Shown here: positions 47,001 through 54,884 of the stretch, in pieces
Position numbering within the stretch: the stretch's first letter is position 1
Layout of the letters: each line of letters starts with the position of its first letter
Assembly (NCBI GenBank): GCA_965228475.1
Contig: OZ245817.1
Span: 2,496,001-2,560,000, forward strand
DNA: 64,000 nucleotides
Direction of reading: 5' to 3'
Origin: Myxococcota bacterium
GTDB taxonomy: Bacteria > Myxococcota_A > UBA9160 > JAFDDA01
Made by a program: the position numbers and the translations under genes
Notes under the pieces: model-generated
What the model was told of the DNA's origin: nothing
Databases searched by the model: none
What the model saw: only the letters and a program-made list of their open reading frames with translations

Positions 47001-48152
47001 GGCCTCGTGGATGGCGACGACTCCGGCTGTACCGGCCCCGGGGATCTGAGCGAGCGCCCCGATTGCATGGACGGCCTCGACAACGACCACGACGGCCTCG
47101 ATGACTGGCCGAGCGACCCCGGCTGCCGGAACCGCCTGCCGCGCTCCGTCGAGAGCCCCGCCTGCGACGACGGCATCGACAACGACGGCGACGGCGGGAT
47201 CGACCGCGACCCGGCGACCGGCGACCCCGACCTCCAGTGCGAGGCCGCCTGGGACGAGAGCGAAGGCGAGAGCAGCGGCCCGAGCTGCGGGCTCCTGGGC
47301 ATCGAAGCGCTGGCCGCGCTCCTCTGGCTCCGCCGGCCGCGTGGACGGCGCCGCGCAAGCGCCCGGCTCGTCGCGGGCGCGACGCTCGGACTGCTTGCGG
47401 CCGGGCTGCCGGCCGGCCTGGCCGGAGCGGCCCCCATCCCCGTGAGCGTCGGCGTGACGCTCGGAGTCGAGTTCCCGGGCGCGACCCTCTTCACCGGCCC
47501 GGAACAGTTCGGCACCGTCACCGTCGATGCCACGGCCCGGACGGTGTCCCTGCCGGCGGGGGTCCTCTCGCTCTCGGGCACGGTCGCCGGCCAGGTCGGC
47601 TTCACGCTCCGAAACCCGGCGGGTACGTTCCGGCCGGGCGGTGCCTCGGCGGGCACGTGCCCCGGGCCGCTCGGCGGCCAGGGCGCCTGCATCCTCGGCG
47701 CCGCCGTCGGAGGCGGCTTCGGCGGGACGCTGCCGCTCTCGGGCACGGTCCGGATCCTGTCCGCGTCGGCGTCGCTCCCGGCGACGGCCATCGGCGCGGC
47801 GCGGACCGCCTCGGCCGCGGGGAACGTCCTCCAGGGAGCGCCCTTCACGACCCGGACCGCGGCGGTCACGACCACGGCCAACGGTTTCTGGACCACCGCC
47901 CGCGGCAACCTTCCGGCAGGCTGGCTCACCGCTGCCGGCAACCCATCGGCACCGCCGGTCCAGAGCCTTCTTCTCGTGAGCCCGGTCCACGTCCAGCTCG
48001 CCGGGAGTGCATCCCCCGTGCCCGTTTTCGTGACCCTGTCGATTCGTGCGATACCCGAACCCGCCGCTGGGGCACTCATGCTGTGCGGCTGGCTCGCGCT
48101 CATGGCTAGCCTCCGGTGGCCGATGCTATGGTCCGCCGTTCTGCGAAGATGA
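44097..48152 (+). CDS. 1351-aa surface protein: two beta-propeller regions (NHL/SMP-30-like, PQQ-like), acidic Cys repeats, internal Cys-TM-Arg sorting signal, then a fused signal peptide + PEP-CTERM module
   Basis: Signal peptide; ATGVAIDDDDNVYVA, PQGLAV; WRFET, GTELWRF, GEEIWRF; SCGLLGIEALAALLWLRRPRGRRR; LVAGATLGLLAAGLPAGLAGA-AP; IPEPAAGALMLCGWLALMASLR. Confidence 0.85.
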   Translation: MRLLLPLLLTLFALPAPAPAAPDSGELVYLNEGNRLRRFDVDTLGQRLPAQDVLVQREGPEGPGGGDAGATPNGNDINGMICPFPDGSGRFVAGEDTHQPTPPAGWGIYAPDGSLVGKMTPTYPTVSPETFGCGFNSEGLLFTTSTGDPGIGFGNGQLILWFPPYEGFPGPPGAYPETNARSENFCVLANDIGTATGVAIDDDDNVYVASGGLLRVLRFAPPFPTGLGPGEGCEGTDPQGSPMADAVNRSIAVQGNLASLYSTFTGLAMAPNGNLYAASIINGTIGEFRLDTGDPSQASTFVRHILLPTDPPFPFETGTPQGLAVGGDGSVYYADIDLVGTFPNLGPGPDGKLRRIRFDGSGDPLPPETIRDGLAFPDGVAVLPGHLPSKEWRSYAGGPERLFHNPDEFILGAAQAGSLVQRWRFETDAIITASPIVARLDVPGEGPQSIAFIQSWDGNVYAVRVKDGTELWRFATEPQPGANFPNTGSAHVENVDGRETVFIASGHLAYALDAITGEEIWRFTAGTGCRDENGVPPGACTIGGERNEIETSAIVADGKVYFGMDVNDTVGGKGGFFALETTTGHLAWFFDLESGKTCRPFPGDEIDQFDAYHDAADLNLPADFFSTRPGCDFPRSQTGCGNVWATPSYDAGRDTLYVAASNCDTRTGPGDDPRKPDPPMPPFDLSVFAITAQGTPTWRYRSYAVDNEDFAFGASPNLFSIDVPGLGSVDVLGIGQKDGHYRVLPRDGVNPLSGIDCTVLDANGVPGCVDTNLGGAPSEPADFPEFPFWDTQVVPGGRAGGVILTAAANPVDRRIVFSTAPGFDPLAPQQPTLHILDMDTGDVVWDASQLPVQDSVTESASFAPTSTVPGLAFFGTVPFDLLRVIATEDDDPQEVFVYPLSGFPISGAASGAIVVDGTVLVGHGIGVRGNPQDQGTLTSNIPSALVALCAPGTPGCAPCNDGIDNDLDGLVDGDDSGCTGPGDLSERPDCMDGLDNDHDGLDDWPSDPGCRNRLPRSVESPACDDGIDNDGDGGIDRDPATGDPDLQCEAAWDESEGESSGPSCGLLGIEALAALLWLRRPRGRRRASARLVAGATLGLLAAGLPAGLAGAAPIPVSVGVTLGVEFPGATLFTGPEQFGTVTVDATARTVSLPAGVLSLSGTVAGQVGFTLRNPAGTFRPGGASAGTCPGPLGGQGACILGAAVGGGFGGTLPLSGTVRILSASASLPATAIGAARTASAAGNVLQGAPFTTRTAAVTTTANGFWTTARGNLPAGWLTAAGNPSAPPVQSLLLVSPVHVQLAGSASPVPVFVTLSIRAIPEPAAGALMLCGWLALMASLRWPMLWSAVLRR
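46971..47210 (+). repeat. Three CxDGxDNDxDGxxD putative metal-binding repeats (coding)
   Basis: CNDGIDNDLDGLVD, CMDGLDNDHDGLDD, CDDGIDNDGDGGID. Confidence 0.85.
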
Positions 48153-48161
48153 GGGTCCGCG

Positions 48162-49985
48162 ATGAACATCCTGGGAATTTCCGCCTACTACCACGACAGT
48201 GCAGCCTGCCTGGTGCAGGACGGCCGCATCGTGGCAGCGGCCCAGGAGGAACGCTTCACCCGCAAGAAGCATGACGCGGAGTTCCCCGCCCATGCGATGC
48301 ACTACTGCCTCGAAGAAGCGGGGATCGGCGTCGAGGACCTCGACCTCGTCGCCTTCTACGACAAGCCGCTCCTGAAGTTCGAGCGCATCCTCGAGACCTA
48401 TCTTTCCTACACGCCGCGCGGCTTCAAGCTCTTCATGATGGGCTTGCCCGTCTGGCTGAAGCAGAAGCTCCATACCCCTCGCGAGCTCGACAAGGGCCTC
48501 GGGGGCAAGTACGACGGCCGCTACGTCTTTCTCGAGCACCACGAGTCCCACGCCGCGAGCGCTTTCTTCCCCTCCCCCTACGACGAGGCGGTCATCCTGA
48601 CCCTCGACGGCGTCGGCGAGTGGGACACGGGCAGCATCGCCGTCGGCCGCGGCAACAAGATCGAGATGCTCGAGGAGCTGAAGTTCCCCCACTCCCTCGG
48701 CCTGCTCTACTCCGCCTTCACCTACTTCACCGGCTTCCGGGTGAACAGCGGCGAGTACAAGCTCATGGGCCTGGCGCCCTACGGCGAGCCGATCTACGCC
48801 GACCGCATCCGGGACAACTGCCTCGACATGAAGGAGGACGGCTCCTTCCGCATGAACATGGACTACTTCGCCTACACGCGGAAAGACGTCATGACGTCGG
48901 AGAAGATGGACTCTCTCTTCGACGGCCCGCCGCGGACGGCCGAGACCGAGATCACCCAGCGCGAAATGGACATCGCGGCTTCGATCCAGGTCGTGACCGA
49001 AGAGATCATGCTGCGCATCGCGCGGCACGCCCACCGCAAGACGGGGATCGACAACCTCGTGATGGCCGGTGGCGTGGCGCTCAACTGCGTCGGCAACGGG
49101 AAGATCCTGCGCGAAGGCCCGTTCAAGAATCTCTGGATCCAGCCGGCCGCGGGCGACGCCGGCGGCGCGCTCGGCGCGGCCCTCTTCACCTGGCACCAGC
49201 TGCTCGACAACCCCCGCGACAACGGGGGCAAGGACTCCCAGACCGGATCCCTCCTCGGCCCCCAGGCCAAGGAAGCCGACATCCGCTCCTTCCTCGATTC
49301 GGCGGGCGCCGTCTACCAGCACTACGACGAGGAAGAGAAGCTCTGCGACGCCGTGGCCGAGCTCATCGCCACCGAGAACGTCGTCGGGCACATGGGCGGA
49401 CGCATGGAGTTCGGACCCCGCGCCCTCGGGAGCCGCTCCATCCTCGGCGATCCGCGCTCGCCGAAGATGCAGTCGGTGATGAACCTGAAGATCAAGTTCC
49501 GCGAGTCCTTCCGGCCCTTCGCTCCGGCCGTCCTCCAGGAGGACGTCCACGAGTGGTTCGACATGAAGCCCGGCCAGGAGAGCCCCTACATGCTCCTCGT
49601 CGCCCCGGTCCGCGAGGACAAGTGCAAGCCCGTCGACGACAGCAAGAGCGGGCTCGACAAGCTCAAGCAGGAGCGCTCGGTGCTGCCCGCGATCACCCAC
49701 GTCGACTACTCCGCGCGCGTGCAGACCGTCGACCCGGAACGCTACCCGCGCTTCTACGGCATCCTCAGCCGCTTCAAGGCCAAGACGGGCTGCGGCGTGA
49801 TGATCAACACCAGCTTCAACGTCCGCGGCGAGCCGATCGTCTGCACCCCGGCGGACGCCTACCGCTGCTTCATGGGCACCAACATGGACGCCCTGGTGAT
49901 CGAGAACTTCGTCCTGCGCAAAGAAGACCAGCCGGACGCCGACGTCGACCGCGAGGCCTACCTCGCGAAGTTCGACCTGGACTAG
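48162..49985 (+). CDS. Carbamoyltransferase (NodU/CmcH family)
   Basis: ILGISAYYHDSAA, QEERFTR, EHHESHA, DGVGE, GEYKLMGLAPYG, GGVALNC, EFGPRALGSRS, RESFRPFAP, NTSFN. Confidence 0.95.
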   Translation: MNILGISAYYHDSAACLVQDGRIVAAAQEERFTRKKHDAEFPAHAMHYCLEEAGIGVEDLDLVAFYDKPLLKFERILETYLSYTPRGFKLFMMGLPVWLKQKLHTPRELDKGLGGKYDGRYVFLEHHESHAASAFFPSPYDEAVILTLDGVGEWDTGSIAVGRGNKIEMLEELKFPHSLGLLYSAFTYFTGFRVNSGEYKLMGLAPYGEPIYADRIRDNCLDMKEDGSFRMNMDYFAYTRKDVMTSEKMDSLFDGPPRTAETEITQREMDIAASIQVVTEEIMLRIARHAHRKTGIDNLVMAGGVALNCVGNGKILREGPFKNLWIQPAAGDAGGALGAALFTWHQLLDNPRDNGGKDSQTGSLLGPQAKEADIRSFLDSAGAVYQHYDEEEKLCDAVAELIATENVVGHMGGRMEFGPRALGSRSILGDPRSPKMQSVMNLKIKFRESFRPFAPAVLQEDVHEWFDMKPGQESPYMLLVAPVREDKCKPVDDSKSGLDKLKQERSVLPAITHVDYSARVQTVDPERYPRFYGILSRFKAKTGCGVMINTSFNVRGEPIVCTPADAYRCFMGTNMDALVIENFVLRKEDQPDADVDREAYLAKFDLD

Positions 49986-49988
49986 CCG

Positions 49989-50435
49989 ATGGCGAAGATG
50001 GTCGAAATCGATTGGAACCCGGATCCGGGAACCCTGCGCCAGTTCGGCTGGGTGGCTCTCGTGGGCTTCTCGCTGATCGCCCTTCTGGCGCACCAGGAGT
50101 GGCTGATCTTCGCTTTCGGCCTCGGCGATGCGCGAATGAAGGTGGTCGTGGGCCTGCTCGCCGTCGGCGCCCTCGCCGCCCTGATCGGCCTCGTCTACCC
50201 GAAGGCCAACAAGCCCCTCTTCATCGGCCTGACGCTCCTGGCCTTCCCGATCGGGTTCGTACTCTCGTACGTCATCATGATCACCCTGTTCTTCGTGATC
50301 ATCGCGCCGATCGGGATCCTCATGCGCCTCGCCGGACGGGATCCGATGGAGCGTGAGATCGACCCGAACGCCGAGAGCTATTGGACGCCGGCCAAACCCG
50401 CGCCGCCCAACAGCCGCTACTTCCGCCAGTTCTAG
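49989..50435 (+). CDS. SxtJ-family membrane protein
   Basis: LRQFG, PIGFVLS, PIGILMRLAGRDPM, SYW, YFRQF; follows the carbamoyltransferase. Confidence 0.85.
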   Translation: MAKMVEIDWNPDPGTLRQFGWVALVGFSLIALLAHQEWLIFAFGLGDARMKVVVGLLAVGALAALIGLVYPKANKPLFIGLTLLAFPIGFVLSYVIMITLFFVIIAPIGILMRLAGRDPMEREIDPNAESYWTPAKPAPPNSRYFRQF

Positions 50436-50476
50436 GGCACCACGCCCTCCCCAAACTTCCACTCCGGGAGCCCGAC

Positions 50477-50674
50477 ATGTCCGATCAAGACGCGAAAGAC
50501 TTCATCGCCGAAGCCAAGGAAGAGCGCAGCGGGCTCGTTGGCGAGTTCACCGACTTCCTGCGAGAGAACAAGAAGTGGTGGCTCGCGCCCATCATCGTCT
50601 CGATCCTGGCCCTGGGGGCTCTCGTGCTCCTCGGCGGGACGGCCGCGGCGCCCTTCATCTACACGCTCTTCTAG
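50477..50674 (+). CDS. SxtK/DUF5989-family small membrane protein
   Basis: FLRENKKWWLAP..AAPFIYTLF; GGGAG RBS. Confidence 0.9.
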   Translation: MSDQDAKDFIAEAKEERSGLVGEFTDFLRENKKWWLAPIIVSILALGALVLLGGTAAAPFIYTLF

Positions 50675-50754
50675 AGCCGGTCTCAAAACTGTGAAGCGGG
50701 CTCGGCCCTCCTGGGCGGGCCGGACCCGCAGGAGATTTCTGAGACGGGCTCTAG
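50671..50754. mobile_element. MITE-like 76-bp palindromic element flanked by CTAG on both sides
   Basis: Left end CTAG-AGCCGGTCTCAAAA; right end reverse-complement CTAG-AGCCCGTCTCAGAAA; inner stem GCGGG-CTCGGCCC/GGGCCGGA-CCCGC. Confidence 0.5.
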
Positions 50755-50779
50755 CCGCGGGAGCGGCCCGGAAGGGCCG

Positions 50780-51427
50780 CTAGCGAGCTTCGTCCGGGAA
50801 GCAGGCGTCGCGCTGGTGCCGGTAGGCGGCGATCAGCCAGTCGCGCGTCTTTTCCCGGGCCACGGAGAGCTTGCCCGGCATGACGGGGCCCCCCGCGATC
50901 AGCAGCGTCAGCGGACGCGTGGCGTCGAGCACGAGTTCGGGAGCCCGCTTGAGCTGGGCCAGGCTCGGGTGCCGGACCGGCTCGCCTCCGAAGACGAACA
51001 GGTAGCTCGCGACGGCTCGGCGGCCGTTCGCGCGGTCGATGATGGTCTGGATCGGGAGCGTCTTGCCGTCGACCTCGACGTGTTCGACCTCCCGCTGCCC
51101 GGCCTCGAACTGCCCGAGCAGGATGCCCGGCGGACGCGTGTAGAGCCGGATCGCATCGAAGGAGCGCACCAGCGCTCCGCGCAGCTCGACGCCCCGCTCG
51201 CCGATGTCGATCTCCGCCTGGGTCCACTGGGGCACGTCCTCGTCGTACCTCTCGAGGCGTTCGGAAAAGGTCCGGGTGAACGGCAGGCCCTTGATCTCGA
51301 GCGCCCGCTCGGGGTCCTGGCAGTCATCGTGGCGGCGCACCTCGAAGCGTGCGACCGCCAGCGGCGCGAGCAGCACCCCGACCGCCACGAGAAGCCACGG
51401 CGCGTGGCGGCCCGACAGATGGATCAT
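50780..51427 (-). CDS. Exosortase-associated EpsI-like protein
   Basis: Single N-terminal TM; SYLFVFGGEPV; ATGA-coupled to the exosortase. Confidence 0.7.
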   Translation of the reverse strand: MIHLSGRHAPWLLVAVGVLLAPLAVARFEVRRHDDCQDPERALEIKGLPFTRTFSERLERYDEDVPQWTQAEIDIGERGVELRGALVRSFDAIRLYTRPPGILLGQFEAGQREVEHVEVDGKTLPIQTIIDRANGRRAVASYLFVFGGEPVRHPSLAQLKRAPELVLDATRPLTLLIAGGPVMPGKLSVAREKTRDWLIAAYRHQRDACFPDEAR

Positions 51428-52530
51428 GCCAGGGCTTCGCGCAGGTTGTCGCGGTCCGACACCATGAACAGGACGAGCAGCACGAGCCAGAACGTCGCGA
51501 CGCCCGAGGCACCGTGGAACGCGGTGTCGAGCAGGTCCGAACCGAACCAGTGCGCCGCGACGACCAGCAGGAAGACCCGCAGCGTGTTGCAGAGCAGCGC
51601 CAGCGGCCACGCCGCCACCAGCAGCGCCAGGCGGCGCCAGTTCGAGCGCGCATAGCGAGCGAGGATCAAGGAGAGCCCGACCGCGGCGTAGAGGGTCGAG
51701 AAGCCGCTACAGGCGTCGGCGACCAGGAAGGTCTCCTTCGGCAGGACCAGGAGCGTGTCCTCGCGAAGCACGGGGATCCCCACGAACCGGATCATGGGCT
51801 CGACGAGCTGCGCCGTCCAGCTGCGCAGGAACAGGTGCGCGCCCATCATGTTCGGGATCGGGATCATGAACACGCCGAGCAGGAGCGGCATCGCGAGCAT
51901 CCGCGTTCGACGGATGCCGAGCAGCAGCAGCGAGAGCCCGGGCAGCAGAAAGACGAAGCCGACCGCAGCCAGGTACGCGGTCCGCAGCGCGAAGTCCGCC
52001 GAGGCCGCCAGCAGCGCGGGTACGACCAGCGCCAGGCCCCAGAGTGACCCCTCGGGCCGCTCGGGATGCGGATCTGCGCGCAGCGCGTTGGCCGCGAGGT
52101 AGGCCATCAGAAAGGGCATGAAGAGCCCGTGCCCGTTCTCCCAGATGTTCCCGGTCCACTTGTCGTAGAGGAAGACGAAGGTCGGCGCGAAGAAGACGAC
52201 CAGCAGCACCAGGGCCAACCAGACCATCGGCGAAATCGAGCGGGCTGGGACGCCGAAGATCGGTGCGTCCGCGGGCGTCTCCTCGACCGGGTCCCACCAC
52301 AGGCGCCACGCCGCCACGCCGATCGCCGTTCCCACGCCGGCGATCAGTTTCACCACGAGCTCCTGGGGCACGAAGGGACTGACGGCGATGGTCACGCCGG
52401 CGACGGCGGCGAGCACGAGAGTCCGGAGCGGTTCCTGGCGCAGCAAGGGACTCCCTGGGATGAAGGGCTCGGGCCGGGGACATCGGGAAACGCCGCCACG
52501 GCCCGACCCGGCCGCGCGGAGCTCGCGCAC
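51424..52530 (-). CDS. Exosortase (EpsH family); start uncertain
   Basis: Multi-TM; HGLFMP, FMIPIP, catalytic VADACSG, CNTLR, FHG. Confidence 0.9.
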   Translation of the reverse strand: MRELRAAGSGRGGVSRCPRPEPFIPGSPLLRQEPLRTLVLAAVAGVTIAVSPFVPQELVVKLIAGVGTAIGVAAWRLWWDPVEETPADAPIFGVPARSISPMVWLALVLLVVFFAPTFVFLYDKWTGNIWENGHGLFMPFLMAYLAANALRADPHPERPEGSLWGLALVVPALLAASADFALRTAYLAAVGFVFLLPGLSLLLLGIRRTRMLAMPLLLGVFMIPIPNMMGAHLFLRSWTAQLVEPMIRFVGIPVLREDTLLVLPKETFLVADACSGFSTLYAAVGLSLILARYARSNWRRLALLVAAWPLALLCNTLRVFLLVVAAHWFGSDLLDTAFHGASGVATFWLVLLVLFMVSDRDNLREALA

Positions 52531-52832
52531 CCGGTGGGCGGCCGGTGGCCCAACCCGACGAGTGCACTTCCTCTGGTTTCGGAGGACGTTACAGCAAACC
52601 TGAGTCGCCGCTGCCGGGGCCGGGGCGGCGAAATCCCGGCGCGCAGGTCAGGCGGGCGCGGTATGCTGGCGTTGCGGCGCGAGCCACCGGAGCGCGCCGC
52701 ACCCCGACCGGGCCGGAGAAGCCCGGCCGCGGCCAGGAGGAGCGGAAATCCTGGTCAGGATCAGCCGGTTACGGGGTATGATTGCCGGCCACGGCCACGG
52801 CGACGACCGGGCCAAGCGAAGGAGAAGGCACG

Positions 52833-53150
52833 ATGACACGATTCCTGGCCCTGGCTGCCGCGTTGGCCCTCGTCGCGGGGACCGCGGTTGCGGACATGCA
52901 CGAGGGCGGTGAAGCCATGATGGAGGAGGCGCCCGCCTACCAGCTCGACACGGAGTTCGTGTGCGGCTCGGCCCTCGAATCCCAAGGCCACTACGCCGAC
53001 AACCTGATCACCTGGCTCCAAGGTCGCTGCCAGGACGGGTTCATCGGGGCGGACGTCTGCAAGGAAATCAACCACTACGTGGCCGCCTACAACGCTCAGG
53101 TCAAGGAACAGGTCGCGGCCTGCCACGAGAAGATCAAGAGCGGCGGCTGA
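52833..53150 (+). CDS. Small secreted 4-Cys helical protein
   Basis: AAGGAGAAGG RBS; signal peptide ending AVA; GC-rich third positions. Confidence 0.75.
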   Translation: MTRFLALAAALALVAGTAVADMHEGGEAMMEEAPAYQLDTEFVCGSALESQGHYADNLITWLQGRCQDGFIGADVCKEINHYVAAYNAQVKEQVAACHEKIKSGG

Positions 53151-53291
53151 TCGGTCCAGGCGAGGACGGCGCGAGGCCGTCCTTCGTCGATCCCGAGCCG
53201 GCCCGGCATCCGTCCGGCCGGCTCGGGGCGACCTCCCGCCCGCGTCTCTCCCCTGAGGCGCCACGGGCCCGCGTCGGGCCCCTCCCCCCGA

Positions 53292-54884
53292 TCAACGTAC
53301 GTAGCCGAGCGCTCGAAGCCGCTCGGTCATGGCGTCGTCGTCGACGCTCCTGCCTTCCGCAGCGGTCTCGGCGAGGCTCGGTAGATCCTCCGCCGGGACG
53401 ACCCGCACCGGATTCGCCGCCAGGTAGGCGGGCGCCAGCCACGCCTTCGGGAAGCGCCCCTCGAGATCGTCCGGGACCGGCTGGCCGGCCAGGTACGCAA
53501 TGAGCGAGGCGATGTCGAGGACGGAGATCCGCCCGCGTTCGGCGACGGCCTTCAAGGGCCCGCCCGCGGCGACGAAGACCGCGATCGGATGGTGGGTGCC
53601 ATCGAAGCGCTCGACGAAGGCGAGATCCCCGGCGCGGACCGGCTTTCCCGCGACGCGCAGGGTGGCGTCCGGGCCGAGCTCGGTCATGCGGCCGTCGTGG
53701 AAGCGGGCGATCACCCAGCCGTGGGCCGGCTCGTCGAACTCCGCGCCGAAGAAGCGGCGTGCCACGAAGCGCAGCCCGTACTGCTTCGCGCGCTCGAACC
53801 AGGAGCGCGCGGCCTCGGCCGGCCGCGGCGCTTCGTCGAGCTGCATCACCCGCATCAACGGAGCGCCCTCGGCGTCGGTGATGGATTCGTAGAAGGCGAC
53901 CACCCGGGCCTGGACCGCGTCGCGCGCAGCGAACGGGCCGGGGTGGATGCGCACGACGGAGATGCCCCACTCCCGGATCACCGTGAAGCCATCGCGGCTT
54001 TCGTCGAGACCCGCGGAGGCGAGGTACTCCTTCGCGCGGCCGACCCAGATCCCCTCGTCGCGTTCCGGGTCCGCCTGGAAGCCGTGGTCCGAAGCGATCA
54101 TCAGCACGTCCTCGGGGCCGAGGGCCGCCGCAATCTGCCCAAGGCCCGCATCGACCTGCCGCATCGCCTCGAAGAGCAGGCTCCCCTCGCGCGGCGCCGC
54201 GCGCCGGGGCCCGTCGCCGAAGTCCTCGGGGTACGCCTCCCGCCAGAAGCGGTGCGACGCGCGGTCGACGCCGTAGAGAATCGTGGCGGCGACCTCCGGC
54301 TCGAAGCGCTCGACCAGCCGCAGGAAGAGACCGGGCTTGCGCGCGAGTTCGTCGCGGATCTGGGCGACGGCCTCCTCACGGCTGAAGGCCGGCTCCGGGT
54401 AGTCGAAGCGCCAGGGTGCGACGCCGGCCTGCTCGAAGAGGTCCGGCGGGAAGACGCTCGGGTCGCGCCGCATCCACCCCGGTGCCGCGAACCCGCCCGG
54501 CAGGCTCGGCGGCGGCCAGCTCACGAGATACTCGAAGAGTCCGACGCGAACGCCCGCCGCTGCGAGGCGTTCGAACACCGTCGGCGTCTTCACGTCGAGG
54601 CGGGTCGCCAGGAAACCGCCGATGCCATGGGCCTCCGGCGAGCGGCCCGTGGCCACGCTCGTCCAGACCACGGGCGAGACCACCGGCTCGACCGTCTCGA
54701 GCTCCGCCGAGACGCCGCGGCGCAGGAGCGCGTCGAAGGCCGGCAGGTGCCCCTCGGCGCGCATCCCGTCGATCACCCGCCAGGAGGCGCCGTCGATTCC
54801 GACCAGCACGACCCGCGCCTCCGCCGCCGGCGGAACGAGGCCGAGCCAGAGGGACAGCATCGCGGCGCGGGCCACGCGACTCAT
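53292..54884 (-). CDS. Alkaline-phosphatase-superfamily protein (type I phosphodiesterase/nucleotide pyrophosphatase-like)
   Basis: VGIDGASW, SPVVWTSVATG, DRASH, ASDHGF, GTH; tail ERLRALGY. Confidence 0.88.
   Translation of the reverse strand: MSRVARAAMLSLWLGLVPPAAEARVVLVGIDGASWRVIDGMRAEGHLPAFDALLRRGVSAELETVEPVVSPVVWTSVATGRSPEAHGIGGFLATRLDVKTPTVFERLAAAGVRVGLFEYLVSWPPPSLPGGFAAPGWMRRDPSVFPPDLFEQAGVAPWRFDYPEPAFSREEAVAQIRDELARKPGLFLRLVERFEPEVAATILYGVDRASHRFWREAYPEDFGDGPRRAAPREGSLLFEAMRQVDAGLGQIAAALGPEDVLMIASDHGFQADPERDEGIWVGRAKEYLASAGLDESRDGFTVIREWGISVVRIHPGPFAARDAVQARVVAFYESITDAEGAPLMRVMQLDEAPRPAEAARSWFERAKQYGLRFVARRFFGAEFDEPAHGWVIARFHDGRMTELGPDATLRVAGKPVRAGDLAFVERFDGTHHPIAVFVAAGGPLKAVAERGRISVLDIASLIAYLAGQPVPDDLEGRFPKAWLAPAYLAANPVRVVPAEDLPSLAETAAEGRSVDDDAMTERLRALGYVR

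Noticed and set aside
42186..47990. 1934-aa minus-strand ORF and other long antisense or alternate-frame ORFs (e.g. 10135-12933, 14545-17466, 28676-31078, 48126-50462)
   Set aside because: Shadow ORFs of high-GC genes: Arg/Gly/Ala-rich, no motifs, and opposite or overlapping well-supported CDS
48162..50674. Saxitoxin biosynthesis (sxtI/J/K-like genes)
   Set aside because: No sxtA-like PKS, amidinotransferase or other sxt core genes are in the window; the triad is known outside toxin producers
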